A stretch of DNA of 64,000 nt from an uncultured Chloroflexia bacterium (GTDB lineage: Bacteria > Chloroflexota > Limnocylindria > Limnocylindrales > CSP1-4). Each line of letters opens with the position of its first letter. Position 1 is the stretch's first letter. The notes under the pieces were generated by a model. The model made no database searches, was not told the DNA's origin, and saw nothing but the letters and a program-made list of their open reading frames with translations. The DNA is taken from assembly GCA_963748625.1 (NCBI GenBank), contig CAVVJT010000010.1:864001-928000 (forward strand). The letters are read 5' to 3'. Positions 38,161-49,920 of this stretch are shown piece after piece. Position numbers and translations under genes: made by a program.

Positions 38161-38970
38161 TCACTCTACTGCGCGCGCACGCAGGACGATGGTCTCGTCG
38201 TCCGGCGCGGGCGAGCGGCGCGTGTAACGGCCTTCGACCTCGACGTCCACGAAGCCGGCCTCGTGGAGCATCGCGACAATCTCGTCGGTCGTGTACATGC
38301 TCCAGCGCAGGGAGCCTCCCTCCTCGAGGATGACCGCGCCGTCGCGCCACAGGCGGGCCCGCATGTCCATCCGCTGGACGCGGGTCGACGGATCGAAGGC
38401 GCCGGTGCGGACAAGCAGCTCGAGCTCGTCGCCGTCCGGGAGTGGGCCACGGTCGCGGGCCTCCGGCCAGGGGTCGGGAAACGTGTGCGCCGGATCACCG
38501 AGGCGCGCCAGGGTCTCGGGCATCGCTCGATCCAGGCTCAGCGTGAGGGTGCCACCGGGTCGCAGGCAGGCGTGAAGGTGGCACAGGGCGTCGAGGTCGG
38601 CGGCCTGGTCGCCCCCGATGCCGAAGGAGTCGCAGCAGATGATGGTCCGGTAGCGGCGCAGAGGCACGAAGTCCCGGAAGGTGCCCTGGACCAGGCGTGA
38701 GGCGATGTCGAGTCCGAGGCGTGCGGCGCCAGCGCGGGCGCGATCGAGCATGTCGGCCGAGACGTCCACCCCATCCACGTCGAAGCCCGCCTCGAGCAGC
38801 GGCAGCAGCAGGCGGCCGGTCCCGCACCCGAGGTCCAGGGCAGGCTCGCCTGCGCGCCTGATCTCGTCGCCATAGAAGGCGAGCTCGTCAGGCTCGAGCC
38901 GGTTGACCTCGGCCCACCAGCGCGCGACCAGCCCGTAGTGCCAGGTGCCGCTTGCCGCGGGATCGTCCAT
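38161..38970 (-). CDS. Class I SAM-dependent methyltransferase
   Basis: [23 protein letters not shown]. Confidence 0.88.
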   Translation of the reverse strand: MDDPAASGTWHYGLVARWWAEVNRLEPDELAFYGDEIRRAGEPALDLGCGTGRLLLPLLEAGFDVDGVDVSADMLDRARAGAARLGLDIASRLVQGTFRDFVPLRRYRTIICCDSFGIGGDQAADLDALCHLHACLRPGGTLTLSLDRAMPETLARLGDPAHTFPDPWPEARDRGPLPDGDELELLVRTGAFDPSTRVQRMDMRARLWRDGAVILEEGGSLRWSMYTTDEIVAMLHEAGFVDVEVEGRYTRRSPAPDDETIVLRARAVE

Positions 38971-38998
38971 GCACGGAGCCTACCCGAGGGCGCAAGCG

Positions 38999-39040
38999 GC
39001 GCGGGCGTGGGAGGCGCGGACGTGGGAGGCGCGGGCGTGG
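38999..39040. repeat. Tandem 15-bp repeat, about 2.8 copies (GCGCGG(G/A)CGTGGGAG)
   Basis: Read directly in the divergent intergenic region. Confidence 0.6.
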
Positions 39041-39340
39041 ACTCGACTGGGAGTCACCTGGGAGCCTCGGCTGAGCGGTCTGTACGCACAACCTCGACTT
39101 GGCTGCACGCACCACGCTCAACGGGTCGCCTCCTGACTCCGGGCCGAGTCAGCGCCCGGCGAGACCGCTCTGCCGCGAGCACGCGATGCACGTGGAGCAC
39201 GTCGCAGTGACGGACGTCACCGCAGCGGTTACCATGACCACGAACCGAGCCAGCACCTCGTACGGGGCTCGTCCGAGACCGCCAGCCTGTCCGGCGGCCG
39301 GATGCAGGAGCCCGCGATGCCCTGGACGGAGGAGGTCTCT

Positions 39341-40426
<1,086 letters not shown>

Positions 40427-40515
40427 GCTGGTCGGGCCCAGCGTCGGCCCGCATCGACCCGACGACGGCCGGCTCGCCAAGTGGCGTGCCGGCCGTTCCA
40501 CGTACCGAGGACCAC

Positions 40516-41127
40516 ATGACCGACCCCGCGCCGAACGATCCCCGGCCCTTCGGCGACGATCCGCTCGAAGAGCACGTCATCGCGTCGCAGGTCGTGCACC
40601 GCGGCCGGTATCTCGAGTTCCGGGTGGACACCATCGCACGCGCGGACGGCACCACCGGCACACGCGACGTGGCCGGCCACCCAGGCGCGATCGCGGTCCT
40701 GGCGCTCGACGATGACGGGCGCTTGCTGTTCGTGCGCCAGTGGCGGAGCCCGGCAGGGCGCGCGATGCTGGAGATCCCGGCGGGGACGCTCGACATCCAT
40801 GACGGCGTGACCGAGGACCCGGAGATCGCCTCCCGCCGCGAGCTGGAGGAGGAGACCGGCCATCGGGCCACGACGTGGCAGAAGCTCTCCACCTTCTGGA
40901 CGGCCCCGGGGTTCACCTCGGAGCTGATGCACCTCTACCTGGCGACGGGGATCGCGGGTGCGTCGGAGGACGAGCGGCTCACGCCCGACGAGGACGAGCG
41001 CCTGGAGCTCTACCACCTCACGATCGACGAGGCGCTCGAGCGGATCGACAGCGGCGCCATCTGCGACGCCAAGTCGATCCTCGGCGTGCTCTGGGTGGCC
41101 CGGCTGCGCCAGGCCCGGGCGGGCTGA
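40516..41127 (+). CDS. NUDIX hydrolase, ADP-ribose pyrophosphatase type
   Basis: HPGAIAV, EIPAG...ASRRELEEETG, APGF, DAKS. Confidence 0.9.
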   Translation: MTDPAPNDPRPFGDDPLEEHVIASQVVHRGRYLEFRVDTIARADGTTGTRDVAGHPGAIAVLALDDDGRLLFVRQWRSPAGRAMLEIPAGTLDIHDGVTEDPEIASRRELEEETGHRATTWQKLSTFWTAPGFTSELMHLYLATGIAGASEDERLTPDEDERLELYHLTIDEALERIDSGAICDAKSILGVLWVARLRQARAG

Positions 41128-41139
41128 GAAGGCTCCCGC

Positions 41140-42051
41140 GTGACCGAAGTGATGGCGCTTCCCGACGGCGTCCGGCTGTTCCGGCCGGGTGACGAGGTGG
41201 CGATCCTCGCAGCCATGCTCGCCGCGCTCGATCGGGACGAGCTCGAGGGGATTGACCGCCACTGGGTGGAGGAGTCCGTCAAGCGGATGGCCGAGGAACC
41301 GATGGCTTGCGCCATCGCCGAGGATCGCGGTGAGCTCGCAGGCTGGGTGTTCCCCTACCACGACGACATCCACGTGGACCTGCCCTACCGCCGGCGCGGT
41401 CACGGCCGCAGGCTGGTGGCGGCGGGCCGCATCCTCGCGCCGCGCTGCGGGCTGCCCTTCCTGCGCGCCTGGGTGCCGCGGCGCGCCGGGGCCGAGGCGT
41501 TCGCGACGGCCTGCGGCATGCACTACCACTCGTCGCTGTGGCGCCTGGTGCTGGACCGGAACCTCCCGTCCATGCCGCCGGCGTTCGCCGACGACCTGGT
41601 GGAGCGGTGGCTGATCCCCGGCGATGACGACGCCGCCTTCGTGGCGCTGGTCAACGAGATCTTCCTAGACCACCCCTTCCCGCTCGTCCTTGACCTGGAG
41701 CGGATCCGGCGCGTCCACGCCTCGCGCGAGTTCGACCCGTCGTCGATCCTGCTGGTCGCGCCCGTGTCGGACCCCGGGGCACTCGTGGGCTTCTGCCGGG
41801 TGGGCGCCTATCCCGACGACGACGGCCGACATGTCGGCGAGGTCAAGCTCCTCGGTGTGCGCCGGCCGTGGCGTGGGCGCGGGATCGCGCGCCAGCTGGT
41901 CCGATGGGGCATCGAGGCGTGCCGCGAGCGCGGCGTCGAGGACACGTACCTCGCGGTCGAAGGCGAGAACGAGCGGGCCATCGGGTTGTACGAGGACGAG
42001 GGCTTCCGCCGACTCGTCGAGTGGCCGCACTGGGCGGCGGACCCGCTGTAG
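41140..42051 (+). CDS. Tandem-GNAT acetyltransferase (MshD-like architecture)
   Basis: RRRGHGRRL and LGVRRPWRGRGIA acetyl-CoA motifs; NERAIGLY..EGF. Confidence 0.82.
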   Translation: MTEVMALPDGVRLFRPGDEVAILAAMLAALDRDELEGIDRHWVEESVKRMAEEPMACAIAEDRGELAGWVFPYHDDIHVDLPYRRRGHGRRLVAAGRILAPRCGLPFLRAWVPRRAGAEAFATACGMHYHSSLWRLVLDRNLPSMPPAFADDLVERWLIPGDDDAAFVALVNEIFLDHPFPLVLDLERIRRVHASREFDPSSILLVAPVSDPGALVGFCRVGAYPDDDGRHVGEVKLLGVRRPWRGRGIARQLVRWGIEACRERGVEDTYLAVEGENERAIGLYEDEGFRRLVEWPHWAADPL

Positions 42052-42081
42052 GGCCTGTCGCGGGCGGCCAGGCGTAGGACG

Positions 42082-42586
42082 TCAGCCCGCCTCGGGCGAG
42101 GAGGCGCGTCGCTCGTCCACCCGGCGCTCCTCCTCGGCTCGCCGCTCCTCCTCGGCTCGGCGCTCGGCGGCATGGTCCGGGGCCGGGACCCGCGCCAGTG
42201 CGGACCGGTACAGCGCGGACTCGGGCGCCAGCGCGACGGCCACCCGCAGGTGCGTCCACGCCTCGCGCTCCCGGCCCAGCTTGCGCAGGCTCTCGCCCAG
42301 GGCGAAGTGGCCATAGTGCGAGGCAGGATCGACCTCGAGCAACGCCTCGAAGGTTCCAGCGGCCGCTGCATGCTGGCCGGCGTTGAAACGGGCCCGCCCG
42401 AGCGCCTCCAGGATCGACGCCTTGCCGGGCTCCAGGCGTGCAGCCCGCTCCAGCACGATGGCGGCCTGCGCATGGTGCCGGCCGTGCATCAGCGCGTGCC
42501 CGCGCTGGAGGAGGTCGTACGCCGAATTCCTCCTCGGCCTCGTCGCCAGGCTCGGGGTCGGGGATCGCGTGTTCCGGGTCGCGCAT
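42082..42586 (-). CDS. TPR-repeat protein (probable frameshift near 42525)
   Basis: AYDLLQRG...LERAARLEP...EALGRARFNAG...YGHFALG...AVALAP; acidic N-terminus MRDPE...EEE lies in the adjacent frame. Confidence 0.75.
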
Positions 42587-42663
42587 CGCATGCCGATGCT
42601 CGCACGGATGCGCGGGCCGTGCCGGTAGGATGGGCCCTCCTCCATCGCTCTCGCGGAGTCCGC

Positions 42664-43860
42664 GTGGTCATCCTCCGGATCTCGATCGCCCTGTTCCTGG
42701 TGCAGGCGGGGTTCCACGCCTGGACGGCGTCGCTGCCGCTGGCGCTCGCCCGCGGCGGCGCACCGGAGGCCACGATCGGCATCGTCATGGGCCTCGCCGC
42801 GGTCGTGTCGATCCCGGGCGCCCTGGCCGGCGGCCGCCTGCTCGACACGTTCGGCGGCTCGAGGATGTTCCTCGTCGCCGGCACGGCGTACCTCGCGGCC
42901 GCCGTCATGCTGCTCCTCGGAGGGAACGACCCGACATCGTCCCCCGCCCTCGTCGCTGCGGCACGCATCCTGCAGGGGATCGGCATCGGGATCGCGATGC
43001 CCGCGGCGCTGTCGCTCGTGCCGCGCCTCGTGGAACCGTTCCACCAGCCCGCCGCACTCTCGTATGTGAGCGCCGCGCAGAACGTCGCGCTGATGGTGAT
43101 GCCGTTCATCTCGGTCGCGGTGCTCGACCTCACCTCGTTCCAGGGCGTCGGCGTGCTGGTCCTGGTGCTGGTGGGCATCGGGCTCGCCCTCAGCAGGGCG
43201 CTCCCCCTCCGGCCGCTCGCCGAGGCGACCGACACCGGGATGGAGGCCGCCCAGCGGCGCTGGGGGATCGCGTACCGGCGGGCATGGACCGCGCCGCTGC
43301 TGATCGTCGTGCTCTTCGTCGCCCATTGGGGCGTGGTGACGGCCTACCTCCCCGTCCGCGCCGATGAGGCCGGCGCGGGCATCGGCCTGTTCTTCTTCGC
43401 GGACGGAATCGCGATCGTGCTGACGCGCCTCGCGGCCGGACGCCTGGTGGAGCATGTCTCGCTGCGGGCCCTGATCCTGGCCGGTGCGGGCATGACGGCG
43501 GTGGGCGTCGGGCTCCTGCTGCTGCCCGTCACCTCGCTGACCCTCCTGGTGTCGGGGCTGCTGGGTGGGGCGGGCGGCGCCATCGTCATGACGCCGGTGA
43601 CGATCGAGCTCTCACGCCGCTCCAGCGACGCCGACCGGGGCTCTGCGTTCGCGCTCTACTCGGTCAGCCTGGCGATCGCGATGACGCTCGGTTCCATCGG
43701 AGGTGCGCCCATCGTGGCGGCACTCGGGCTCAACGCGGGGCTCGTGGCCGGCATCGTGCTGATCGGCGTGGCGATGGTGATCACCGCGCTCGACGCGCCG
43801 CTCGGCGAGCCGCTGCGCATGCCGGCGATGACACCGGTCCCGCCAGTCGAGGTGCCGTGA
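42664..43860 (+). CDS. MFS transporter
   Basis: About 12 TM segments; GRLLDTFG, ARILQG, DRGSAFALY. Confidence 0.88.
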   Translation: MVILRISIALFLVQAGFHAWTASLPLALARGGAPEATIGIVMGLAAVVSIPGALAGGRLLDTFGGSRMFLVAGTAYLAAAVMLLLGGNDPTSSPALVAAARILQGIGIGIAMPAALSLVPRLVEPFHQPAALSYVSAAQNVALMVMPFISVAVLDLTSFQGVGVLVLVLVGIGLALSRALPLRPLAEATDTGMEAAQRRWGIAYRRAWTAPLLIVVLFVAHWGVVTAYLPVRADEAGAGIGLFFFADGIAIVLTRLAAGRLVEHVSLRALILAGAGMTAVGVGLLLLPVTSLTLLVSGLLGGAGGAIVMTPVTIELSRRSSDADRGSAFALYSVSLAIAMTLGSIGGAPIVAALGLNAGLVAGIVLIGVAMVITALDAPLGEPLRMPAMTPVPPVEVP

Positions 43861-43881
43861 GGGAAGGTCCGGAAGCCGCGG

Positions 43882-44905
43882 TCAGCTGTCGCGCCAGGCG
43901 GTGAGATCGAGGCGCTTGAGGCGCGGACTCTCCGTGCGCCCGGGGATGCGCCCGCGCTTGGCGATCGGCACGCCGTCGATCTCCTTGATGTCGCCGGTGA
44001 AGTCGATCGGCGTGGCACCCGAGATGTGGGAGCCGACGGCGAACGAGTCCACGGGCGATCCCTCGTCCTTGAAGTAGCGGATCCGATCGGGGGTCAGCCC
44101 GCCCGACACCGTGATCGTGACGTGGTTGAAGCCCGCCTGGTCGAGCCGGGCGCGGATCTCCGTCACGAGCGCGGCGGTGACGCGCCCCCGCTCCGACGGT
44201 GTGTCAAGGCGGATGCCGTACAGCCTGTCACCCAAGCGCTCGTGCGACGCGCAGCGCCTCCTCGGCCTCGTCCTTGAAGGTGTCGACCAGGACGATACGG
44301 GGCACGTCGGGTGGCATGTCGCGGTCGAACGCCTCCGCGGCGCGAACCGTGTCCCCGAAGATCAGCACCAGCGAGTGGGGCATGGTGCCGGTGGGGTTCA
44401 GCCCGGCGAGGCGGGCGCCGGCGGGTGTGGACGCGCCGACGCATCCACCGACGATGGCGGCGTAGTCGAGCACATCGGTGATGTCGGGGTGGACGTGGCG
44501 CGCGCCGAAGGAGATGACTGGCTGCGGAGCCGCGGCCGCGACACACTGGCGCGCAGCGGTGGCCCACCCGGTCGACTGCGCGAGCATGCCGAGCATGGCG
44601 GTCTCGTACAGCGCGAATGCCCGGTACCGGGCGTGGATCCGGAGGACGACCTCCTTGGGGGTCACGATGTCGCCGTCGTCGAGGCACTCGACGATCGCAC
44701 CCTCCTCGTTGGCCAGCACGTGGCCCAGGAGGTTGGTCGCCTCCCCCATCCCGCACAGGACGGCGTCCTCGCGGCCGAAGACCTCCATCGTCACCACGGG
44801 GTCCATGCCCTCGCGGTCGAGGATGCTGTTGGCCCGGGCGAAGTAGACGTCCGCCGTGGCGCCCGAGAGGATCTCGTGCGACGGACGCGTGCGTTGGAGG
44901 CCCAT
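43882..44905 (-). CDS. Nicotinate phosphoribosyltransferase (short type), frameshift near 44232
   Basis: ADVYF, SFGARH, GTMPH, LVDTF; then IRLDTP, SGG, FAVGS, AKRG in the next frame. Confidence 0.85.
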
Positions 44906-45110
44906 CAGGAGCGCCCGCGCGACGCGGCGGCCCGGGAGGTCACGGTAGGGCTCGGCTCCTTGGTCCTCGCGACGCAGCGCCCGCGTGGTCACGTGGACGG
45001 GTGCGTTGGGCCGGAGTGTACCGCAGGCCCAGCGGGCCTCAGGACTCCAGCGTGCCTCCAGGCCCCAGCGTGCCGGGCGAACCACCTGCCTCGCTTCCAG
45101 TGCAGACCGA

Positions 45111-47114
45111 TCAGGGCGTCCGGCGCCGACGCAACCCCACGGCCAGCCCGACAACCGCGAGCAGCAGGGCCGCGATCGCCGGCAGTGCCGCCATGGCGGC
45201 CAGGCGCCCCGTCCCTGCATCGGTCGCCCCCGCCAGACGCGCGGCCAGTGCCTCGGCTCCGGTCCGCGCTGTCGTCACGTCCCCGGCCGCCCATGCGTCC
45301 CGCGCAGCCGCCAGCGTGGCGGCCGGATCCTCGTCCCCCAAGCCGAGGTCCGCCAGCCAGTCACGCGGCTCCCCCGCAGCCGCGGCAGCCGTGACCAGCG
45401 CGGGCAGTGCCGCGTGGGCCTCCTCGATCCGTCGCGCGAGCGTCACCAGGTCAGCCTCGGATCGCGCCGATGCGTACGCGGTCCCTAAGGCCGCAGGCAT
45501 GGGCAGCCCCAGGGCCGCCGACTCGGCCGCGAGCGCATCGCGGGCCGCGAGCGCGGCCTCCGCGGCCTCGATCGCGTCCTGCGCGGTCGCGAAGCTCCAC
45601 GCGTCGAGCGCGAGGCGGACGGCCGGTGGCGGGGACCACGCTCCTGCCCGCAGGTCGAGGGCGTGGTACGCCGTCCGCGCCTCGGATCTGGCGGCCAGCG
45701 GCGGATCGGCGTCGCGCGGGAGCGCCCAGTCCGCCACGAGGGACGCCACGTCGTCGGCGCCGCCAAGCTCCTCTGCGAGGTCGACGAGGCGGCGCCAGTC
45801 GTTCGGGATGGTCGCGGGTTCGGGAGTACCGGCACCCGGGTAGGCCGTCGTCCCGGCTGCCGCGGCGGCGAAGACGCGCCGCATTCCGGCCTCGCCCGTG
45901 GCGTTCACGACCTTGCGGATCACGGTCCACGAGGCCGCGTAGCCGAACCGCTCGCGGCGTACGGCTGCCTGGTCGCCGATGGCGGCAGGCGGCGGCCACG
46001 CGCTGAGCGGGAAAGCGCCGCTCGACCTCCGCTTGACCTTCGGCGGCCCCGGCACGTCCACCCCCTGGGCTCGCAGGACGCGGGCGGCGTACTCCTCCGC
46101 GAGGCCCTCGGTGATCCAGCGCTCCGTGAACAGCCGGCCGTTGAGCCAGGCGTGCGATGCCTCGTGGAGGATCGTGAGCCTGTCGAGCTGCTCGCCGATG
46201 GTGATCCGGGCCGTCGCCGCGTCGTAGAAGCCCGCGTACCCCTCGAGCAGTGGCGTGTGCACCTCGCTCACGGTCATTGTCCCGGTCACCGGCCACGGCA
46301 GACCGATCCGCCGCTGGAGCTCGGGGATCCCCTCGGCGATCACCCGGCTCGCCACACGCTGCCACTTGACGTCCTCCGGCCAGGCCCGGAGCAGCACCTG
46401 CGAACCGCCCGGCAGGGCGATGGCTCGCGTGGCGAGCGCAGCATCATCGGTGGCGTCCACGAACGCGTACCAGGTCAGTGGATCCTGCGTGGACGCGGTG
46501 AGGACGGTCGCCCCCGTGGCGGAGGTGGATGCCTCGAGCGGCTCGCCCCGGGTTGCCACATCGTAGTCCGCCGGCACCACGACCTTGACGGAGCCGCGAT
46601 CGCCGTAGGCCCACACGGGGAACGAGAGGAACGCCTCCCCGATGCGCACCCCGCTCGCCGAGCGCGCCTTGCCGGCCGGCAGGTCGAAGACCAGCTCGAT
46701 GGCCGCCTGCTCGCCGAAGTACAGCGGTTCGAGGAACGGGACCGTGATGAGCTTGAAGCCGTCGCGACGCGACGGGTCCGGGTCGAGCGTGGCGCCGTCC
46801 TGGGTGGCCCGCACCCGCACGGCCTCGGGCGGCACGGCGACGTTGACAGCCTCGTAGCGGTACCGCGTGACGACGCCCGCGGCGCGGGTCACGGGCTTGC
46901 GATTGGCCGCGGCGATCCTCACGGTGACCCGGACACGACGCGCGTCGGTGTCCACCTGGTACACCGCCTCGGTCGCCACCTCCAGCTCGTCGCCGGCCGC
47001 CTGCACCGGGACAGGGGCGAAGGCGGACGGTACCGGCAGGCCCGGTGCGGCTGCGGGGCCCAGTGCCACCGCGAGCGCAAGCAGCCAGGCCGCGAGGACC
47101 GCGGCGCGGATCAC
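45111..47114 (-). CDS. Secreted, C-terminally anchored gluzincin (M1/MA-like) metallopeptidase
   Basis: Signal peptide; GYAGFY, HEASH...WITEGLA; C-terminal TM followed by RRRR. Confidence 0.75.
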   Translation of the reverse strand: MIRAAVLAAWLLALAVALGPAAAPGLPVPSAFAPVPVQAAGDELEVATEAVYQVDTDARRVRVTVRIAAANRKPVTRAAGVVTRYRYEAVNVAVPPEAVRVRATQDGATLDPDPSRRDGFKLITVPFLEPLYFGEQAAIELVFDLPAGKARSASGVRIGEAFLSFPVWAYGDRGSVKVVVPADYDVATRGEPLEASTSATGATVLTASTQDPLTWYAFVDATDDAALATRAIALPGGSQVLLRAWPEDVKWQRVASRVIAEGIPELQRRIGLPWPVTGTMTVSEVHTPLLEGYAGFYDAATARITIGEQLDRLTILHEASHAWLNGRLFTERWITEGLAEEYAARVLRAQGVDVPGPPKVKRRSSGAFPLSAWPPPAAIGDQAAVRRERFGYAASWTVIRKVVNATGEAGMRRVFAAAAAGTTAYPGAGTPEPATIPNDWRRLVDLAEELGGADDVASLVADWALPRDADPPLAARSEARTAYHALDLRAGAWSPPPAVRLALDAWSFATAQDAIEAAEAALAARDALAAESAALGLPMPAALGTAYASARSEADLVTLARRIEEAHAALPALVTAAAAAGEPRDWLADLGLGDEDPAATLAAARDAWAAGDVTTARTGAEALAARLAGATDAGTGRLAAMAALPAIAALLLAVVGLAVGLRRRRTP

Positions 47115-47157
47115 CCCGCGACCCGGGTCATCGCCCGGCGGGTGCCTGCGGCGCGGA

Positions 47158-49227
47158 TCACCCCCGCGGCCCCGCGTGCCTACGGCCGACGGATGCCTTC
47201 GCAGGCCGGCGGTTCCGCCGCACGGTCCCCGCGACCACCGATGTGATCACGAGCAGGGTGGCGACACCGGCCAGGGCGAGCATCGCCCTGCGACGCCCCT
47301 CCTGCCAGGCGCCGGTCCAGGCGCGGTAGGCATCATCGGCGAAGTCAAGCGTGCCCTCGAGGTCGTCGCGCCCGAACGCCACACGGGCCGCGGCGAGGTC
47401 GGCGTCAGGATCCTCGCCCAGCATGCCGATCCGGCTGAGGACGTCGTCGTCGGCGCTGCGCGCAGCGGCTGCCTGGTCGATGGCCAGGATGACGTTGCGC
47501 TGGGTCTCGGCCTCGGCGCTCGCATCGGCCATGCGCCCCTCCTCGAACGGGGCCTTCATCCTGTCCGGGAGTTCCACGCCCGCAGCAGCGGCAAGCTCGA
47601 GCAGCGCGGCATGTTGGGCGAGCACGGTGCGCGCATCGGCCATCTGCTGCTCGGCCGTGTCGAACTGCCATGCCCGCAGCGAGTCACGGATGCCGCGCGG
47701 CAGCTGCCACTCACCCGTCAGCGCAAGCGTCCGCTGGTACGACCGCCGCGTCTCGGCGCGGGCGTCGAGCATGGCCGCCTCCTCGGGCCGGACCACCCAC
47801 GTCCGCCACAGGTCTTCGAACGACGTGCCCGTCTCAGCCTCGAGCAGGTCCAGCAGGCCCCGCCAGTCCGGCGCCCCATCCACGCCCTCGGGGAGGGATG
47901 TCTGGGCGCCCGGTCCTTCGGCCCCAGCGTTCGCGGGTGGCTGGTAGGCGCCGCTACCCGAGGCGGCGGCGGCCCAGACCCGGCGCAGGGCATCGTCGCC
48001 TGCCCGCTCGGCGATGGCCGCGGCAAGCTCGCGCGAGGCAGCATAGCCATAGGCCTCGAGGGCGGCGATCGCCGGGTCGGCCGTGGCGTTGGGGGCCGCG
48101 AGCGGCCAGGCGTTGAGCGGGACCGCAGCCTCCTTGGCGGCATCGGTCATCGCAGGTGTCTTGGCGGCGACATCAAGCGCCTCCGCGGTACGCATCGCGT
48201 AGAGGGATGCGAACCCCTCGTTGGCCCAACGGTCCGCGAGCAGGGCGCCGTTGAACCAGCCGTGCGCCGCCTCGTGGAGCGTCGTCAAACCGTCGGCCCA
48301 GTAGGCGACCTCGATCCGGTTGGCCGCAGGCTCGAACAACCCCGCGTACGCGCCCTCGCTCCGGCTGACCGCCTCCTGCACGACCAGCTCGTCCTCGTGG
48401 GGCCAGGCGATGCCGATCTGGTCGCGCAGGACCGGCAGTCCGTTGCGGAACAGGCGCCCGGTCCGGTTCGCCCACGCGGCGTCATCGGCCCAGGACCGCA
48501 GGACCAGCGATACCGGTCCGTCTGCGGTCTTCACCTCCACCGCGTGGTCCTTGAACTCCGCGGACTGCTGGCCCAGGACGTAGGCGAACCAGGTGAGGGG
48601 CGAGGCGATGCGCCCGCTCCGCAGGATCGTCCCACCGCCTGCGCTCGTGGCCGTGACCGGCATCGACCCCGCGGTGACCGACACGTCCCAGCCCGCAGGA
48701 AAGGCGATGGAGACCGTTGAGCCACTCGCGCCGTTGGAGGCGTATGCCCAGAGGGGCACCGTGATGAGGCCAGTCCCGACCCGCGTCTGCGGGTTGGCGC
48801 CCTTCCCGGCGCCGAGCAGGTCGAAGGTGAGCTTGTAGCTGTGCCGGTCACCCGAGTAGAGGCGCTTGCCGAAATCGAGGCGCAGCAGCGTGCTGTCCTT
48901 GGCGCGCCGCGCGACACGGACCGAGGCGCCCGGGGCGCCCGTGAGCCGGAACCCCGTGGTCCCGGGCTGTACGGCAAGGAAGGCGTGGTCGAAGAAGTAC
49001 CGCCTCGTGCGCGTCTCGCGAGTCTGGTTGGTGGCGCTGATGGCGACCGTGATGCCCACGCGCCGGTCGTCGGGCCTGACGAGGTAGGCGGCGTCCGTCA
49101 CGATCGTCAGGGCGGTTGCGGCGGCACGGACCTCGGCAACAGGGCCGATCCCGGCGACGGGCGCCCCCAGGCCGCCGACCAGCGCGAGTGCGAGCGCAGC
49201 GGACAGCATCCGGATCGTCGCGGTCAC
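47158..49227 (-). CDS. Secreted, C-terminally anchored gluzincin metallopeptidase, paralogue of the downstream gene
   Basis: Signal peptide; AYAGLF, HEAAH...WANEGFA; DWRGLLDL; C-terminal TM plus basic tail. Confidence 0.75.
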   Translation of the reverse strand: MTATIRMLSAALALALVGGLGAPVAGIGPVAEVRAAATALTIVTDAAYLVRPDDRRVGITVAISATNQTRETRTRRYFFDHAFLAVQPGTTGFRLTGAPGASVRVARRAKDSTLLRLDFGKRLYSGDRHSYKLTFDLLGAGKGANPQTRVGTGLITVPLWAYASNGASGSTVSIAFPAGWDVSVTAGSMPVTATSAGGGTILRSGRIASPLTWFAYVLGQQSAEFKDHAVEVKTADGPVSLVLRSWADDAAWANRTGRLFRNGLPVLRDQIGIAWPHEDELVVQEAVSRSEGAYAGLFEPAANRIEVAYWADGLTTLHEAAHGWFNGALLADRWANEGFASLYAMRTAEALDVAAKTPAMTDAAKEAAVPLNAWPLAAPNATADPAIAALEAYGYAASRELAAAIAERAGDDALRRVWAAAASGSGAYQPPANAGAEGPGAQTSLPEGVDGAPDWRGLLDLLEAETGTSFEDLWRTWVVRPEEAAMLDARAETRRSYQRTLALTGEWQLPRGIRDSLRAWQFDTAEQQMADARTVLAQHAALLELAAAAGVELPDRMKAPFEEGRMADASAEAETQRNVILAIDQAAAARSADDDVLSRIGMLGEDPDADLAAARVAFGRDDLEGTLDFADDAYRAWTGAWQEGRRRAMLALAGVATLLVITSVVAGTVRRNRRPAKASVGRRHAGPRG

Positions 49228-49829
49228 CCTGCGCCCTCGCCGCCTGGGTCGATCGGCTTCAGGTGTTCAACTGGCTCCGCGGGGTCGACCAGCTCCGAGG
49301 GATCGAGCAGCTCCGCGAGCTCGCCGGCGTACCGGGCAACCAGGCGCAGGCCGGGTCCGTCGCGCCGGGCGGGCGGCGGCGCCTCGGTATTCCAACCGCC
49401 TGCCTTGAGCCAGGTCGTGGCGTCGGCGTGGAAGCGGTCCGCGACCGCGAGCTGGCGGGCGAGCGCGAGACCCAGCGCATCCCGGTCCACCACGGCGATC
49501 GGCAGCTCCGCGGTCAGCAGCGGTCGCTCATCTTCCCCGATGGAGAACTTGAGGAACGGCAGCTCGTCATTCCAGCGCAGCAGCTTGCGGTAGGACACCC
49601 GGAAGCTGTCGTTGATCGGCGGCGCGAAGTGCGTCCAGGCGATCAGCGCGAACGCCGGGTCGAGAATCAGGGTGACGCGCAGCGACGCACGGCGGCGCCC
49701 GTCGAGGACCAGGTCCCATGACGTGACGCCTTCGCGGTCGGCGCGCTCCAGGGGCTCCAGGCCCAGCTCGGCGAGCCAGGCCTCGACGTCGGCCGGGGCA
49801 ACGGTCGACGCCCGGGGGGCGAGAGACAT
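49224..49829 (-). CDS. YbjN-like (type III chaperone-fold) protein
   Basis: YRKLLRWNDELPFLKFSI resembles the YbjN LL..N......KF.. pattern. Stop overlaps the peptidase start. Confidence 0.6.
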   Translation of the reverse strand: MSLAPRASTVAPADVEAWLAELGLEPLERADREGVTSWDLVLDGRRRASLRVTLILDPAFALIAWTHFAPPINDSFRVSYRKLLRWNDELPFLKFSIGEDERPLLTAELPIAVVDRDALGLALARQLAVADRFHADATTWLKAGGWNTEAPPPARRDGPGLRLVARYAGELAELLDPSELVDPAEPVEHLKPIDPGGEGAG

Positions 49830-49854
49830 GGCGCGGAGTCTACCCCGGCCACGC

Positions 49855-49886
49855 AAGAACCCCGCCCGGGTGGCCCTGGGCGGGGT
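49855..49886 (-). terminator. Rho-independent terminator after glgC
   Basis: Minus strand: ACCCCGCCC...GGGCGGGGT stem followed by TCTT. Confidence 0.65.
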
Positions 49887-49920
49887 CGTCGTGCGCTGGC
49901 CGGTCCATCGCCGGCAGGGG

